This document shows, in pieces, positions 20,314 to 30,218 of a stretch of DNA of 64,000 nt (the first letter of the stretch is position 1; each line of letters starts with the position of its first letter). The stretch lies in the IMG/VR virus record IMGVR_UViG_3300022555_000042; one strand, given 5' to 3'. The notes beneath the pieces were generated by a model. It was not told the DNA's origin and searched no databases. It saw only the letters and a program-made list of their open reading frames with translations. The position numbers were made by a program, and so were the translations under genes. The stretch is from an uncultured virus (IMG/VR IMGVR_UViG_3300022555_000042) (Duplodnaviria > Heunggongvirae > Uroviricota > Caudoviricetes).

Positions 20314-23264
20314 ACGATATAATAGGCGCGGCTATTGATGTCCTCAATGGTGGCTTCGCCGCGCTCAATCTCTTCGAGGAGGGTTTTGTAATCGAGGCGG
20401 AAGATGGCGCGGATACATTCTTCCATTCCTGCCTTCTTGATTGTATATCGCGTATGCCCAGCTTTGCCAGGTGTATTGTCTTGGCTCTGGGTTACTACGT
20501 ACTTCCCTTCCTGGGTCTGCGGGTGCGACATAAATGCATTTACTAGCTGCTCGTTGCTGGTTGTGATATTGGGATGCTTGTCCAGCAGCCGCACTACGGA
20601 GCTGTAGTCTAGCTCATCTTCTGGCCAGGGCGGTGGCGGGGAAACTTTGGGCCATGGTTTAGCGGCGGGAGTGGTAGCGGGGGGAGCTGTCGGAGCCGAA
20701 GTGGTGGCAGGGGCTGTCCCTTCACCCTTTTTGGCCAGTAAGTTGAGTACCTTTTCGCCAGGCTTGGGAGCACGCCCTGGAATCGGTCCAAGCCTCTGCC
20801 CGAGTTTGCTCACTGTATCCCTTAGAGAGTCCAGAGTTTTTACCCACCTATTGGCAATGCCCACCTTAGACATTGTTTCCATGACTTTGGGGTTGAAGAT
20901 GCGTTGACGCAGGTTGAGCATCAGCCAATCTAGCCTGTCGCCGTAGAAATTTCCGGTATAGGTTTTCTTCTTTCCCATACCTTTCTGTTTTTCTTTATCT
21001 GTCTGCTTGATCATGAGGCGGGCGGAGAATGTATTGCCTTTGACTACGGCTTCAAAGTCACGGCTGCTCCGCTCCTGTGAAGCCTCAACTTGGCCCCAGA
21101 TCCGATTTGGCTCTGGCATTGAGATTGTGAGGACACGGTTGGATATAGCCGTTACGCCGTCCGCCACTGGGAATTCCCAAATGCCTTCGAACGTTGGCTG
21201 GCTAGTTGGCGTGTCCAGCTGCTGCTGCTGTTTGCCGACTGCCGTTTGTGGTTTTTGGCGTTTCAGGGTTACGTCTCTGTGGCTATCTTCCGGCTTGCCC
21301 ATATAGGCCGTCCCCTGTGGTCCTGGCGGCCCAGGGTTGAAGCTTTTGATGACCAGGGTGTCATTGTCAACAAGTTGGCCGGTGATAATCTGACCGTCAT
21401 CCACTGTCTCGCACAATGGAGCGATCTGGAGCGACGCTGGCAGATTGGGGTTGAATGGCGCGTGTTCTATCTCGCCGAAGGCTTGATCCCAGATAGCCTG
21501 GAATTCTTTTTCCTTACCCATCTTAACTGCTTCTGGATAAATGCCGGTGGCTTTCTGCCCTTGCTGCAATGGCGGTCTGTAGATGTTGACAGCTGCCGCG
21601 AGGATTCTGGAGACCTCGGTGTCTCCCCTTAGGGACTCTTCCGGGCCGGCTTCAACACCGCCAGAGCTATCATGCAGGGATGGGTCGAAAATGCTCTCGG
21701 ACCCAAGCTTTAGGAGCAGCAATTCAGACTCACGCTGATTTAGCGCGCCCTGGCTGGTCATCCCGGTAATCACGCCGGACGCGCTGCCGGCTGGGGCCGA
21801 GGCGGGTGGTTGCGGAGTGGTAAACGCTTGGATCTCAGTGGCCGGTTTGAACTGGCCTGGGACTTGAGCAACGGCATACATGCCGGTCTGGAGATTTTCA
21901 GGCCCAGCCTCTTTACCATCAATTTTTATAATGGTGGGTGGGGTGGGATCGGCCTGGGTGGGGTTGCCAAAGTTGAGAAGCACTGAGGTGGGCATGGGCT
22001 TGCCGGGCTTCTTGAGGGTGATTGCACTTGGCACCCCGGTAACGAGCTTTTTGATCATGCCCCGGCGGATGCCTTGCAGTTCACGGCTGGCGGCGATCTC
22101 GTCGGTCCAGTCGGATTTGCGTTCTCTGGTGGGGGCTACTGCTGGGATTAAGCCCGCCCCTGGCGATCGCGCGTTTGGGTTGCCGCATTCGTCGCACTGT
22201 ACTAAATCGCCAGGCTCAGCCCACTTATCAATGATTTTGTTCGATCCAACTGGGCCTTTCACGAATTTGGGAGGATTCCTCGCAGGGTCTCCGTTGTAGT
22301 AGGTGCTCGGGTTGTATGGGATCCACCCGGTACCCTTTTTATCCTTGCTTTCGCCTCTTGCGCAGGTCGGGCACGGGATGGTGTCAGTTTTGGCTGCGTC
22401 CTGTGGGATGGTTTGGCCGACTGTACCCTTGCCATCCCCGCCAGCCATGCTTACTTCAGCGTCTGTTGATGATACTGTTTGTCCGAGGCGGCGATCCCGC
22501 GAACGCGTGGCTGTACCTTCGGCATTTTTTACGGTGTGCCTGGTCCCATATCTTACTGATATGTTAAAGTATGACACGAATGGGGAGCGCCCTTCGTCAC
22601 CCATTAGCTTTCTTAGCACGAGGATGTCAGCCTCTTGCTTTAGGTCAACGTCAGTCATTCCCACCTTGAAGCCGCCGCCCTCACTATTATAGCTGCTTCC
22701 GCCATATTGCCTGGCCAATGCTATGGATATGGGTCGGACAGCCTCGATGACTTCTTCAAGAGTCCAGTCACGCAGGGTTGATCCGGGGGCTCGCTCTTGG
22801 TCTGATAAGATGAGGGGCAGGAAGCATTTCTTAAGAGCTTCGAGATCGTGGACCTCATCCTTGGTTACAGTAACGTCGGAGTAGTTGTCGCCAGACTTTA
22901 CGCTGCCATACCCTATCATGGGGTACCGCCACTTGTCCGGGTCTTCACCATTGAGTAATGCCTGGCTGACCTCCGCAGTCCTTCTATCGAAGTTGTCCCG
23001 TTGTGCTTTCTTGATGGTTTCGAGATCAAGGCTTTGCCTAACGAGTTGCTTTTTGGTTTTATCAATGTCAACCCCTGCCCATTGGTCTTCTGGCTGTGCG
23101 GGGGCTGACGCGGTAGGAGCCGATGCGGTAGATGGCATAGGAGTAGGTGTTGGCGTGGGGTCTACGCCTCCCTCCGGTTCCGCCTCCGCTGCTTCGGGTT
23201 CCTGGCCCTCTTCCCCTGGCTCGATCTCTTCTTCGCCGAAGTCGAAGTCGTCTAGTTCAGACAT
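20310..23264 (-). CDS. large hypothetical protein with acidic N-terminus and split CxxC pair
   Basis: 984 aa; CPTCARG..GTG and CDECG..GAG; GGAG RBS. Confidence 0.8.
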   Translation of the reverse strand: MSELDDFDFGEEEIEPGEEGQEPEAAEAEPEGGVDPTPTPTPMPSTASAPTASAPAQPEDQWAGVDIDKTKKQLVRQSLDLETIKKAQRDNFDRRTAEVSQALLNGEDPDKWRYPMIGYGSVKSGDNYSDVTVTKDEVHDLEALKKCFLPLILSDQERAPGSTLRDWTLEEVIEAVRPISIALARQYGGSSYNSEGGGFKVGMTDVDLKQEADILVLRKLMGDEGRSPFVSYFNISVRYGTRHTVKNAEGTATRSRDRRLGQTVSSTDAEVSMAGGDGKGTVGQTIPQDAAKTDTIPCPTCARGESKDKKGTGWIPYNPSTYYNGDPARNPPKFVKGPVGSNKIIDKWAEPGDLVQCDECGNPNARSPGAGLIPAVAPTRERKSDWTDEIAASRELQGIRRGMIKKLVTGVPSAITLKKPGKPMPTSVLLNFGNPTQADPTPPTIIKIDGKEAGPENLQTGMYAVAQVPGQFKPATEIQAFTTPQPPASAPAGSASGVITGMTSQGALNQRESELLLLKLGSESIFDPSLHDSSGGVEAGPEESLRGDTEVSRILAAAVNIYRPPLQQGQKATGIYPEAVKMGKEKEFQAIWDQAFGEIEHAPFNPNLPASLQIAPLCETVDDGQIITGQLVDNDTLVIKSFNPGPPGPQGTAYMGKPEDSHRDVTLKRQKPQTAVGKQQQQLDTPTSQPTFEGIWEFPVADGVTAISNRVLTISMPEPNRIWGQVEASQERSSRDFEAVVKGNTFSARLMIKQTDKEKQKGMGKKKTYTGNFYGDRLDWLMLNLRQRIFNPKVMETMSKVGIANRWVKTLDSLRDTVSKLGQRLGPIPGRAPKPGEKVLNLLAKKGEGTAPATTSAPTAPPATTPAAKPWPKVSPPPPWPEDELDYSSVVRLLDKHPNITTSNEQLVNAFMSHPQTQEGKYVVTQSQDNTPGKAGHTRYTIKKAGMEECIRAIFRLDYKTLLEEIERGEATIEDINSRAYYIV

Positions 23265-23299
23265 AACGGTACTCCAATACTTTATTTATCTTTGAGCCA

Positions 23300-24280
23300 C
23301 TAGACATGACGGGGGTAATTAGCGTGCCGCTGGTGCCGCGAAGCATCCCAGGCATTCTTCATCAAATCTCCGGCTTGGTCCGGAGAGATTAGGCTGTGTG
23401 TGATAGCCAGAGAGAATTCGTCGTCCAACGAGCAGTTAAATTGGATCGGGTCATCAGTATTCAGTGTCACTACACACTTCATTCCCAGCATCTTTTTGAG
23501 CGGGTGCGTGGTGATGTCGCCCCACGCCCCTGTGACTAAGTTGCTATGCAAGGCCAGGTCGAAGCACACCCCGCGATCCACAGCTAATTTTAGTGTGTCA
23601 TCGCTGGCCTGGATTCCATGGGCGATTCGATTGACCCCCAATACTTCAATAGCTTTCCTAACGTTATCAGATGATCCGGGCATCTCACCCACGTGGGCGC
23701 GCAGAGTCTTGCCATTGAACCGCCACTTATCGAATATGGATTTATAAAATTCAGCGTCGAAGGACCGCTCATCGCCCACTAGGTCGATCCCGCAGAAGAT
23801 TTTCTTCATCTCAGGGCGGTCGATTAGGCTGGCCGTGTTATTCTGCCTGGATCTATCGCTATCATATTTAAGAGACAAGAGGAGGCCGATTTTTACTTCA
23901 TAGGCAGTGGCATAATGCTTGAACGCCTGGTCTATCATATTGATGACGGAGACCGGATCGCTATCATACTGGAGATATTTATCTATGGACAGACTAATCT
24001 CAGAATAATCAATCCCCTCCTGGGCCAGATCGTAGCAGACTTGTTCAATGGCTAGTTCGATGGCCCAGCTCGGCCAGGGGGCACGCTCCAAAATAGCGAA
24101 TTTCTTTAGGAACTCCGTGAACCCAATTCCATTCCGGTCGCACACCATTGATTTGTAGATGGTTCTAGGGGTATCGTCACACAATTTCTCCGCCATATCT
24201 AGGATTCTGAAGACTGTGCGCGGGGCGATGCTTCCGCCGAGATGGCGATGAAGATCACATCGTTGATCTTTCCAAGCCAC
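23300..24280 (-). CDS. add: adenosine/adenine deaminase family protein
   Basis: DLHRHLGGS, GIDLVGDE, AHVGE, RIAHG, LNTDDP. Confidence 0.9.
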   Translation of the reverse strand: MAWKDQRCDLHRHLGGSIAPRTVFRILDMAEKLCDDTPRTIYKSMVCDRNGIGFTEFLKKFAILERAPWPSWAIELAIEQVCYDLAQEGIDYSEISLSIDKYLQYDSDPVSVINMIDQAFKHYATAYEVKIGLLLSLKYDSDRSRQNNTASLIDRPEMKKIFCGIDLVGDERSFDAEFYKSIFDKWRFNGKTLRAHVGEMPGSSDNVRKAIEVLGVNRIAHGIQASDDTLKLAVDRGVCFDLALHSNLVTGAWGDITTHPLKKMLGMKCVVTLNTDDPIQFNCSLDDEFSLAITHSLISPDQAGDLMKNAWDASRHQRHANYPRHV

Positions 24281-24340
24281 GATTCACCATATTTTGGAGC
24301 AGTAGCTGCTCACTATATTTCAAATATTTGCCGCGACACG

Positions 24341-24835
24341 CTAGATCGGCAGCTCTCCGCTCGGAAGTGCTTCCATGATTTCGCTGAAGCCCTCTTCGAG
24401 CGCTGGAGCTTCATAGAACTTCCGATGCCACTGGCAGGCTCGCAGCCAGTAATCATAGTCAAGTCCGCGGCTATCGAATGCCATGCGCCTACGAGCGTGT
24501 TCTTCGTCGGTACCCCATGGGAATAATACAGCCACCACCTCAGCTCCCATTGCCGTAGCTATGCTGATGTAGCGTGCCCTGGTAGATCTTTTAACGTTTG
24601 GACGGTCAATGATCACGTCTCGGCCCGCCAGCAGAGCGGCTTGAAGGATGTAGTTCTCGATGGATTTATAGAATGGTTTGAGAGATTTGTCGTAGAGAAG
24701 GTAATCACCGCCGTGGACTAGCTCAACGATGGCGTCGTCATTAATGATGATTTTGCCGTGTTTAGCGGCCCATCCGCAGTGCGAGGACTTGCCAGCCGCT
24801 ATCGGTCCGACCAATATCCAGACGCAGTTTGCCAT
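24341..24835 (-). CDS. AAA_33 / polynucleotide-kinase-like P-loop protein
   Basis: LVGPIAAGKS, IINDD, VIIDRPN..R. Confidence 0.8.
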   Translation of the reverse strand: MANCVWILVGPIAAGKSSHCGWAAKHGKIIINDDAIVELVHGGDYLLYDKSLKPFYKSIENYILQAALLAGRDVIIDRPNVKRSTRARYISIATAMGAEVVAVLFPWGTDEEHARRRMAFDSRGLDYDYWLRACQWHRKFYEAPALEEGFSEIMEALPSGELPI

Positions 24836-24867
24836 GCGTTTATGGCTCCGTCAAGCAAAAATAGTGT

Positions 24868-25875
24868 ATGATTAAAATACAAGAACAAGACCGTTGCGGC
24901 ATGTATAACGCTGGCAATTCGATTGGCAGAATAGCAAGGCATTGTGGGGTGTGCAGCCACTCAATAAGGGATTACTTACTACGGCGCGGCGTAAAAATGA
25001 GATCGCATGCTCCGGCTTGTAGATTAACCACCAATGAAGTTGAGGACTTGGTATCTAAGTTTGATAGTGGCGTGTCGATCCGTAAGTTGGCGACGATTTA
25101 TAAGTACACACCTTCGGGTGTGTCGTTTATTTTGTCTAGGCATGGGCGGTTTGGCGAGTCGCCCAAAACCGAGGCCGATTGGTCATTTATTTATGATGTC
25201 AATGATCTGTTCTTATATTGGCTTGGCTGGATGTTGTCAGATGGATGCATCCATCATGTGCACAAGGGTGGTCGCAATAGGGGAATATCAGCCGGTTTAA
25301 CTGTAAAGCGTGCAGACTCCCACATACTTGAATTTTTCAAATCATTTATTCACCAAAGAATTAAAATAAATTGCCAGAAAAATGCGGCCACTCTTGCGAT
25401 TGCTCTACCACGAGAGCATACTGATTACTTATCGAGCTATGGATTAGTTCAGCGTAAAAGTTTGATTTTAGCTCCAACAGAGCTGCTTAATTCGTTGACT
25501 AGGAAAGAGTTCATGCAGATGCTAGGGGGCTATATTGAGGGCGATGGAACTGTTAATATTAAATGTCTTAAATCTAGATCACATCGCTATAAGTGTCTTA
25601 GTGTTGGCATTACTTGCGGGTCGAGACGATGGTTGGAGTGGATAAACTATAAATTAATGCTATTTGGATATAAATCACGTAAAATTTATGTGAAAGTTAG
25701 CAAAAAATACCCTAGATCAACTGGTTTCGATTATAGGGTTGTGGGGGCCGAAGCTGTCAGATTAGCCGATGAGTTGATGCAAAATAAATATGCATTACTT
25801 AATCGAAAATGGGATAATGCAAGACAATACGCTGGGCTAACGTTATCTGATAGGCGGCAATTAGCCCAGGCATGA
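24868..25875 (+). CDS. LAGLIDADG homing endonuclease with HTH repeats
   Basis: YWLGWMLSDGCI and GGYIEGDGTV; paralogue of 10202. Confidence 0.88.
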   Translation: MIKIQEQDRCGMYNAGNSIGRIARHCGVCSHSIRDYLLRRGVKMRSHAPACRLTTNEVEDLVSKFDSGVSIRKLATIYKYTPSGVSFILSRHGRFGESPKTEADWSFIYDVNDLFLYWLGWMLSDGCIHHVHKGGRNRGISAGLTVKRADSHILEFFKSFIHQRIKINCQKNAATLAIALPREHTDYLSSYGLVQRKSLILAPTELLNSLTRKEFMQMLGGYIEGDGTVNIKCLKSRSHRYKCLSVGITCGSRRWLEWINYKLMLFGYKSRKIYVKVSKKYPRSTGFDYRVVGAEAVRLADELMQNKYALLNRKWDNARQYAGLTLSDRRQLAQA

Positions 25876-25902
25876 TTTGCTGCGAGCCGTGGGCGGCGAC
25901 AC
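25876..25902 (+). promoter_or_regulatory. TTTGC-N17-GACAC motif
   Basis: Recurrent motif, upstream of 25929. Confidence 0.55.
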
Positions 25903-25928
25903 TTCAAACATGTAGTTAAGGAGCGATT

Positions 25929-26564
25929 GTGAGAAACGTGATTGGTATTGCGATAGCTCTGGGGGCATCCTTGGTTGCCCATGGTGCCCCCTCGGACCTT
26001 GACCTCTTGTTTGCAACCCCCAGTGCTCAGGCAACCACCCAACCAATCGCCGCTCCCAGCACACAGAAGCGCATCTCCGAATTACAGGAAACTATCCGGA
26101 AGGCGCAAGCAGAACTCAAAGAGCTCCAAGACCAACTCGACGTCGCGACGCCTTTCCTTACCTTAGAGAAAGCACGAAAGATACCAGAAAATGCCACGGG
26201 CGACGATCCAATATCCAAAATCCACCGCAGCGAATACATACAATCACTAGTTAATAAGCAGATTGAATTCTATGTGTGGGTGCAGCCAAACCCATCTGTT
26301 GCCAGAGACGCGGGCGGATGGATCATTACCTATGGGCTGGGAACCATAGAATTATTTGGAGTTAAAAGCGTGAATTTTCCAGCCCCTTGGGGTGGCTCTC
26401 CGCCAGGAAGTGTTAGTGGGAGTGTGGCTATTCATTGTAAAGATGAAATAGAAGCCAAGAAAATGCTTAAAATCAGGGGGGTGATGCTCATCAGCACAAT
26501 CAAGTGGTTTGATGGTTACAAAATCGTAATCGACAAGCCAAGCAGTGTAGTGCCAGTAGAATAA
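25929..26564 (+). CDS. putative secreted protein with coiled coil
   Basis: Signal-peptide-like N-terminus, PSAQATTQP, heptad stretch; AAGGAG RBS. Confidence 0.7.
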   Translation: MRNVIGIAIALGASLVAHGAPSDLDLLFATPSAQATTQPIAAPSTQKRISELQETIRKAQAELKELQDQLDVATPFLTLEKARKIPENATGDDPISKIHRSEYIQSLVNKQIEFYVWVQPNPSVARDAGGWIITYGLGTIELFGVKSVNFPAPWGGSPPGSVSGSVAIHCKDEIEAKKMLKIRGVMLISTIKWFDGYKIVIDKPSSVVPVE

Positions 26565-26584
26565 ACGACTGACGCGGGAACCAG

Positions 26585-27229
26585 CTAGGTGGCCACCTCG
26601 CCGCGGAACCTCCCTATGGCCTGCTTAATAGCGGCTTTGATTATAGCCGAATCGGCCCCCGACAATTCTACTTGGTAGCTCTGATCAGTAGGCCAATACC
26701 GCTCGCCATCTGTGGCGATGGTCGTTTTTGTGCCATTGGTGTGAGTCAATGCCACAATTATGACCACGCCATTGCCGGGGTTCGTAACATCATCGGTTAA
26801 TTGGCCACGGCGGTCCCATGCCGCAATCCGAAGGAAGTGGGCACTGACAATGTTCTTAGTGTTTCCTCGGTAATATTTGGCATCTCTGAATGCTGCTGTA
26901 CGTGGAGATATTATCGGAGGTGTTCGCACTTCCTCAATCAATACTGGCCCAGGCTGGGCCGAGACCGTCCGCTTATGGATTTCGGGATTAAAGAATCCAG
27001 ATAAGGTAGGGCGAAAGACCTCAAAGACCTGCCCTCCAGCCTCGTTGGCTGGGACTAGTACGCACCGGTCTGCGTTGACTGCGGCAACTATATAATTGCC
27101 GCTAGGGATACGGATGGCGTCGGCGATAATAGCGGTAACGTTGATGACTGTCCCCTCTTCAATCTTGCCGCTATCACCTTTATCATTCAGGATGCTCTCG
27201 ACGCGTGAAGTAAAGGACTGGCTACTCAT
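26585..27229 (-). CDS. hypothetical protein
   Basis: GAGGAG RBS. Confidence 0.7.
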   Translation of the reverse strand: MSSQSFTSRVESILNDKGDSGKIEEGTVINVTAIIADAIRIPSGNYIVAAVNADRCVLVPANEAGGQVFEVFRPTLSGFFNPEIHKRTVSAQPGPVLIEEVRTPPIISPRTAAFRDAKYYRGNTKNIVSAHFLRIAAWDRRGQLTDDVTNPGNGVVIIVALTHTNGTKTTIATDGERYWPTDQSYQVELSGADSAIIKAAIKQAIGRFRGEVAT

Positions 27230-27327
27230 ATCATACTCCTCTTAAATTATTTTTGAAACATACGCAGACAAAATTAAAGTACATAAGGAGAGCAAACCTA
27301 GTAGTAGGTACTTTCGAGGGAATCAAT

Positions 27328-29055
27328 ATGGCTATCGACCCAAATCTAATCCCCACTATCAATCCGGGCAGCCTCTTCACCACTTTTACTGATAATAACA
27401 CCTATAATATTAGGTGGCTCACCGCGACCGATCCGGCTTACTTCGAAGTCCTGAATCGCCCGCTGTACGACATCACTGTGCGCCAACTTATCATCGCTAA
27501 GGCTCTGGACAATCTCGATACCTCTCTCGGGTATCAAGCCCTCTTCCCCTTTATTATCCCGCCGCAAGTTACCGACGGCTCTGTGATTGTTAACGTTCCA
27601 GTACGGACCTTCTGGGACACGCATGTGTCTGTCGCGGGTGGGATCCAAACTACAACTTGGTCGAATCTCCGCCTCGCTCGTATTGACCGCCTCACCGGCA
27701 CCAATGGGACTGGCACTTATACTGGCGAGCTGCGGTTCATCTTCACCGCGCAGAAAACCACAGGCGGCATAATCTCGGCTACCGAGACCGCGATCTTCTA
27801 CGCCGACTATACCATCGATAGCCCTCTGACCTATCAGCGTGTTCGCATTGTTCCGGCGACTGCTGCTGCTTGCCCAGGGTTTACGGCCATCAGCGTCTCG
27901 GAGTGGGTTACGATTGACGGCGAGATTATCTTCCGGACGCTGGACCAAAGCTCGGTCGAAACTCAGACCTTCTACGACTTGCTAGCCCCAGGCTCGAACG
28001 CCTACTATGAGATAGTTGACTCCAATGGGTCACTGTCCGATCCGGACTTTGATCCCAATCCAATTAGCCACGGCAGTGGCATGCTGTCCAGCAATGCATA
28101 TAACTTGGTTACGCCGGTTGACGCGGATCCGACAGCCTGGCTCAACTCCTTCAATTATCCATTCTCATTGGATGCCACGAGAGAGTCCGGCGGGTCTTTT
28201 TCGGTCACCATCCCAACTGGGCTATTCAATGAGTTCAATGTGGTAGCGCCGGCGTCTGACCTTCCCACCGGGAGCACTTCAGCGGCCTTCTTCCCAGTGT
28301 GGATTAGTCGGGTGGTTCGTGACGGCAGTGTAACCACGCCGACATTAATCTTCTATCTGTCCACTTATGGGATTTCTCCGGTAAGCAATACGCCGGTTGA
28401 ATTCGCTTCCTTCACGCTGACGGTAGACATGCTGGAGGGGCAGATTGTTGAGATCACCCCAGAGAGCAAGCTATACACCGCCCAGACTTCGGCTCTATGG
28501 AATCAGGATTTTGGACGCGGGCACGTGGCCCTTTCCGGCAAATGGACTGGGACTGGCGGGGAAGTGTCCAATTTCTTTGATAGTTTCCCACTGGTCATTG
28601 GCTCCGACACCACGGCCACTTTCTCACTGACTGCTACTAGGGTAGCTTCTTGGGGCATTTCGCGTGTGCCACAGTACTCCCCCACTGCTGGGCAGTCGGC
28701 GGCCTTGGCTGGTAGTGGTGCTCGGTTTAACACCCCCAAGACTCCCAGCGACGTTAACCGGTACGTCACAGAGCTGGATGAGGGTTTGGGTGACTCGGTT
28801 GATTTGGACTCCCAGAGTGGTATCACTGCCAATGCGGCTATTGAGCGGTATGGCAATAAGGGAACCAGGTCGCACATGCTGGTGAAATTGGTAGTCGATC
28901 CGGAAGTGGCTTCACAGGATGCCAATCCTGATTTCTATGCCAATGAGATTCTGCCCCGCCTGATTGTTTTGCTGGGCCGAGCACCGGTGTTTGGCGATGA
29001 GTGGTATAACGGCAATCGGTTTATGCGGTACAACGGTGACTCGTGGATAGGATAG
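27328..29055 (+). CDS. putative virion structural protein
   Basis: Long T/S/G-rich ORF with YFEVLNRPL; GAGG RBS before ATG 27328. Confidence 0.65.
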   Translation: MAIDPNLIPTINPGSLFTTFTDNNTYNIRWLTATDPAYFEVLNRPLYDITVRQLIIAKALDNLDTSLGYQALFPFIIPPQVTDGSVIVNVPVRTFWDTHVSVAGGIQTTTWSNLRLARIDRLTGTNGTGTYTGELRFIFTAQKTTGGIISATETAIFYADYTIDSPLTYQRVRIVPATAAACPGFTAISVSEWVTIDGEIIFRTLDQSSVETQTFYDLLAPGSNAYYEIVDSNGSLSDPDFDPNPISHGSGMLSSNAYNLVTPVDADPTAWLNSFNYPFSLDATRESGGSFSVTIPTGLFNEFNVVAPASDLPTGSTSAAFFPVWISRVVRDGSVTTPTLIFYLSTYGISPVSNTPVEFASFTLTVDMLEGQIVEITPESKLYTAQTSALWNQDFGRGHVALSGKWTGTGGEVSNFFDSFPLVIGSDTTATFSLTATRVASWGISRVPQYSPTAGQSAALAGSGARFNTPKTPSDVNRYVTELDEGLGDSVDLDSQSGITANAAIERYGNKGTRSHMLVKLVVDPEVASQDANPDFYANEILPRLIVLLGRAPVFGDEWYNGNRFMRYNGDSWIG

Positions 29056-29112
29056 ATTTAACATAATTGTCACCATAATGTTTGATGTATTTGATTTCCA
29101 ATGGGAGGCCAA

Positions 29113-30198
29113 ATGCATCAAAACTATGAAGCAGCCATTCAAGCTCACGTTGACGGCAAGACGATCGATTGGATTCTGTCAACATACTCTATTCCCAAGA
29201 CCACTTTTTATAGATGGTTGTCGAAGCTTGAAGTGCCCAAGCGGCTAGGTGGTCGTGCGTTTTCCGCAACCGAAATTGATCAAATTAATGAGCTATACAG
29301 CTCGGGCGTGTCTATAACTGAGCTGATTAAAAAATTCAGCTCGTCATTCAATATGATAAAGTCAGTTATTAAAGAGGTGAGGACTAAGCCTGAGGCGATC
29401 AGTCTTGGCTTGCGAGTTTACACAGACGCGCAGGTCGATGAAGCGGTTGCTATGTATGGGTTCGGGCTTACATCGAGTGCTGTTGGTCAAGCGCTTGGTA
29501 TGTCTGAAGCCGCTGTGCTACGGTTTCTTAAGTTGCGCGGCGTAAAAGCGAGGGAAATTGCATATGAGTGTAATGAGCATTATTTTGATGAATTAGATAC
29601 TGAGCAAAAGCTGTATTGGTTTGGATTTTTGGCTGCCGATGGGAGACTAAGTTTAAGAAATTATGCCAGCAGTTTTCTAGAATGTAATTTGGGAATGAAA
29701 GACAAGCCACATCTAGAATTATTATCTAAGCACATGGGCTACACTGGGCCAATTCGGGATAAAACTGTGGTTCATTCTAAAACTGGTAAAATATATACCC
29801 ATGCTAATTTTAAAATTACTCGAATTAATATTGTCGATGCTCTTAGGAGGTGGGGGCTAAAAGACATTAAAGCTGGTGATGTGTGGCCACTTACAGTGTT
29901 TGATGATGAACAGATTAGACTTATTTTGCGCGGATATTTTGACGGCGATGGATCAATCTATAAGGACAACCGCCGCGCTTTGAAGTGGCATATCTGTGGC
30001 CCACACAAAGAGCCACTCGAATATCTTATGTCGCGATGTTCTGTGGTTGGTCGATTTAATGCAATTGGCAAATCAATGAAATACCGTGTGGGGTATAGTG
30101 GGAACAAAATTGTTCCACGAATTTGCGAGTGGCTATATCGTGATGCCACGGTGTGGTTGCCAAGGAAGCGTGCGGTGATAGAGGCTCATCTGAAGTAG
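29113..30198 (+). CDS. LAGLIDADG homing endonuclease with HTH repeats
   Basis: YWFGFLAADG and LRGYFDGDGSI; GGAGG RBS. Confidence 0.9.
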   Translation: MHQNYEAAIQAHVDGKTIDWILSTYSIPKTTFYRWLSKLEVPKRLGGRAFSATEIDQINELYSSGVSITELIKKFSSSFNMIKSVIKEVRTKPEAISLGLRVYTDAQVDEAVAMYGFGLTSSAVGQALGMSEAAVLRFLKLRGVKAREIAYECNEHYFDELDTEQKLYWFGFLAADGRLSLRNYASSFLECNLGMKDKPHLELLSKHMGYTGPIRDKTVVHSKTGKIYTHANFKITRINIVDALRRWGLKDIKAGDVWPLTVFDDEQIRLILRGYFDGDGSIYKDNRRALKWHICGPHKEPLEYLMSRCSVVGRFNAIGKSMKYRVGYSGNKIVPRICEWLYRDATVWLPRKRAVIEAHLK

Positions 30199-30218
30199 TA
30201 TTCTTGTAAATATAACAT

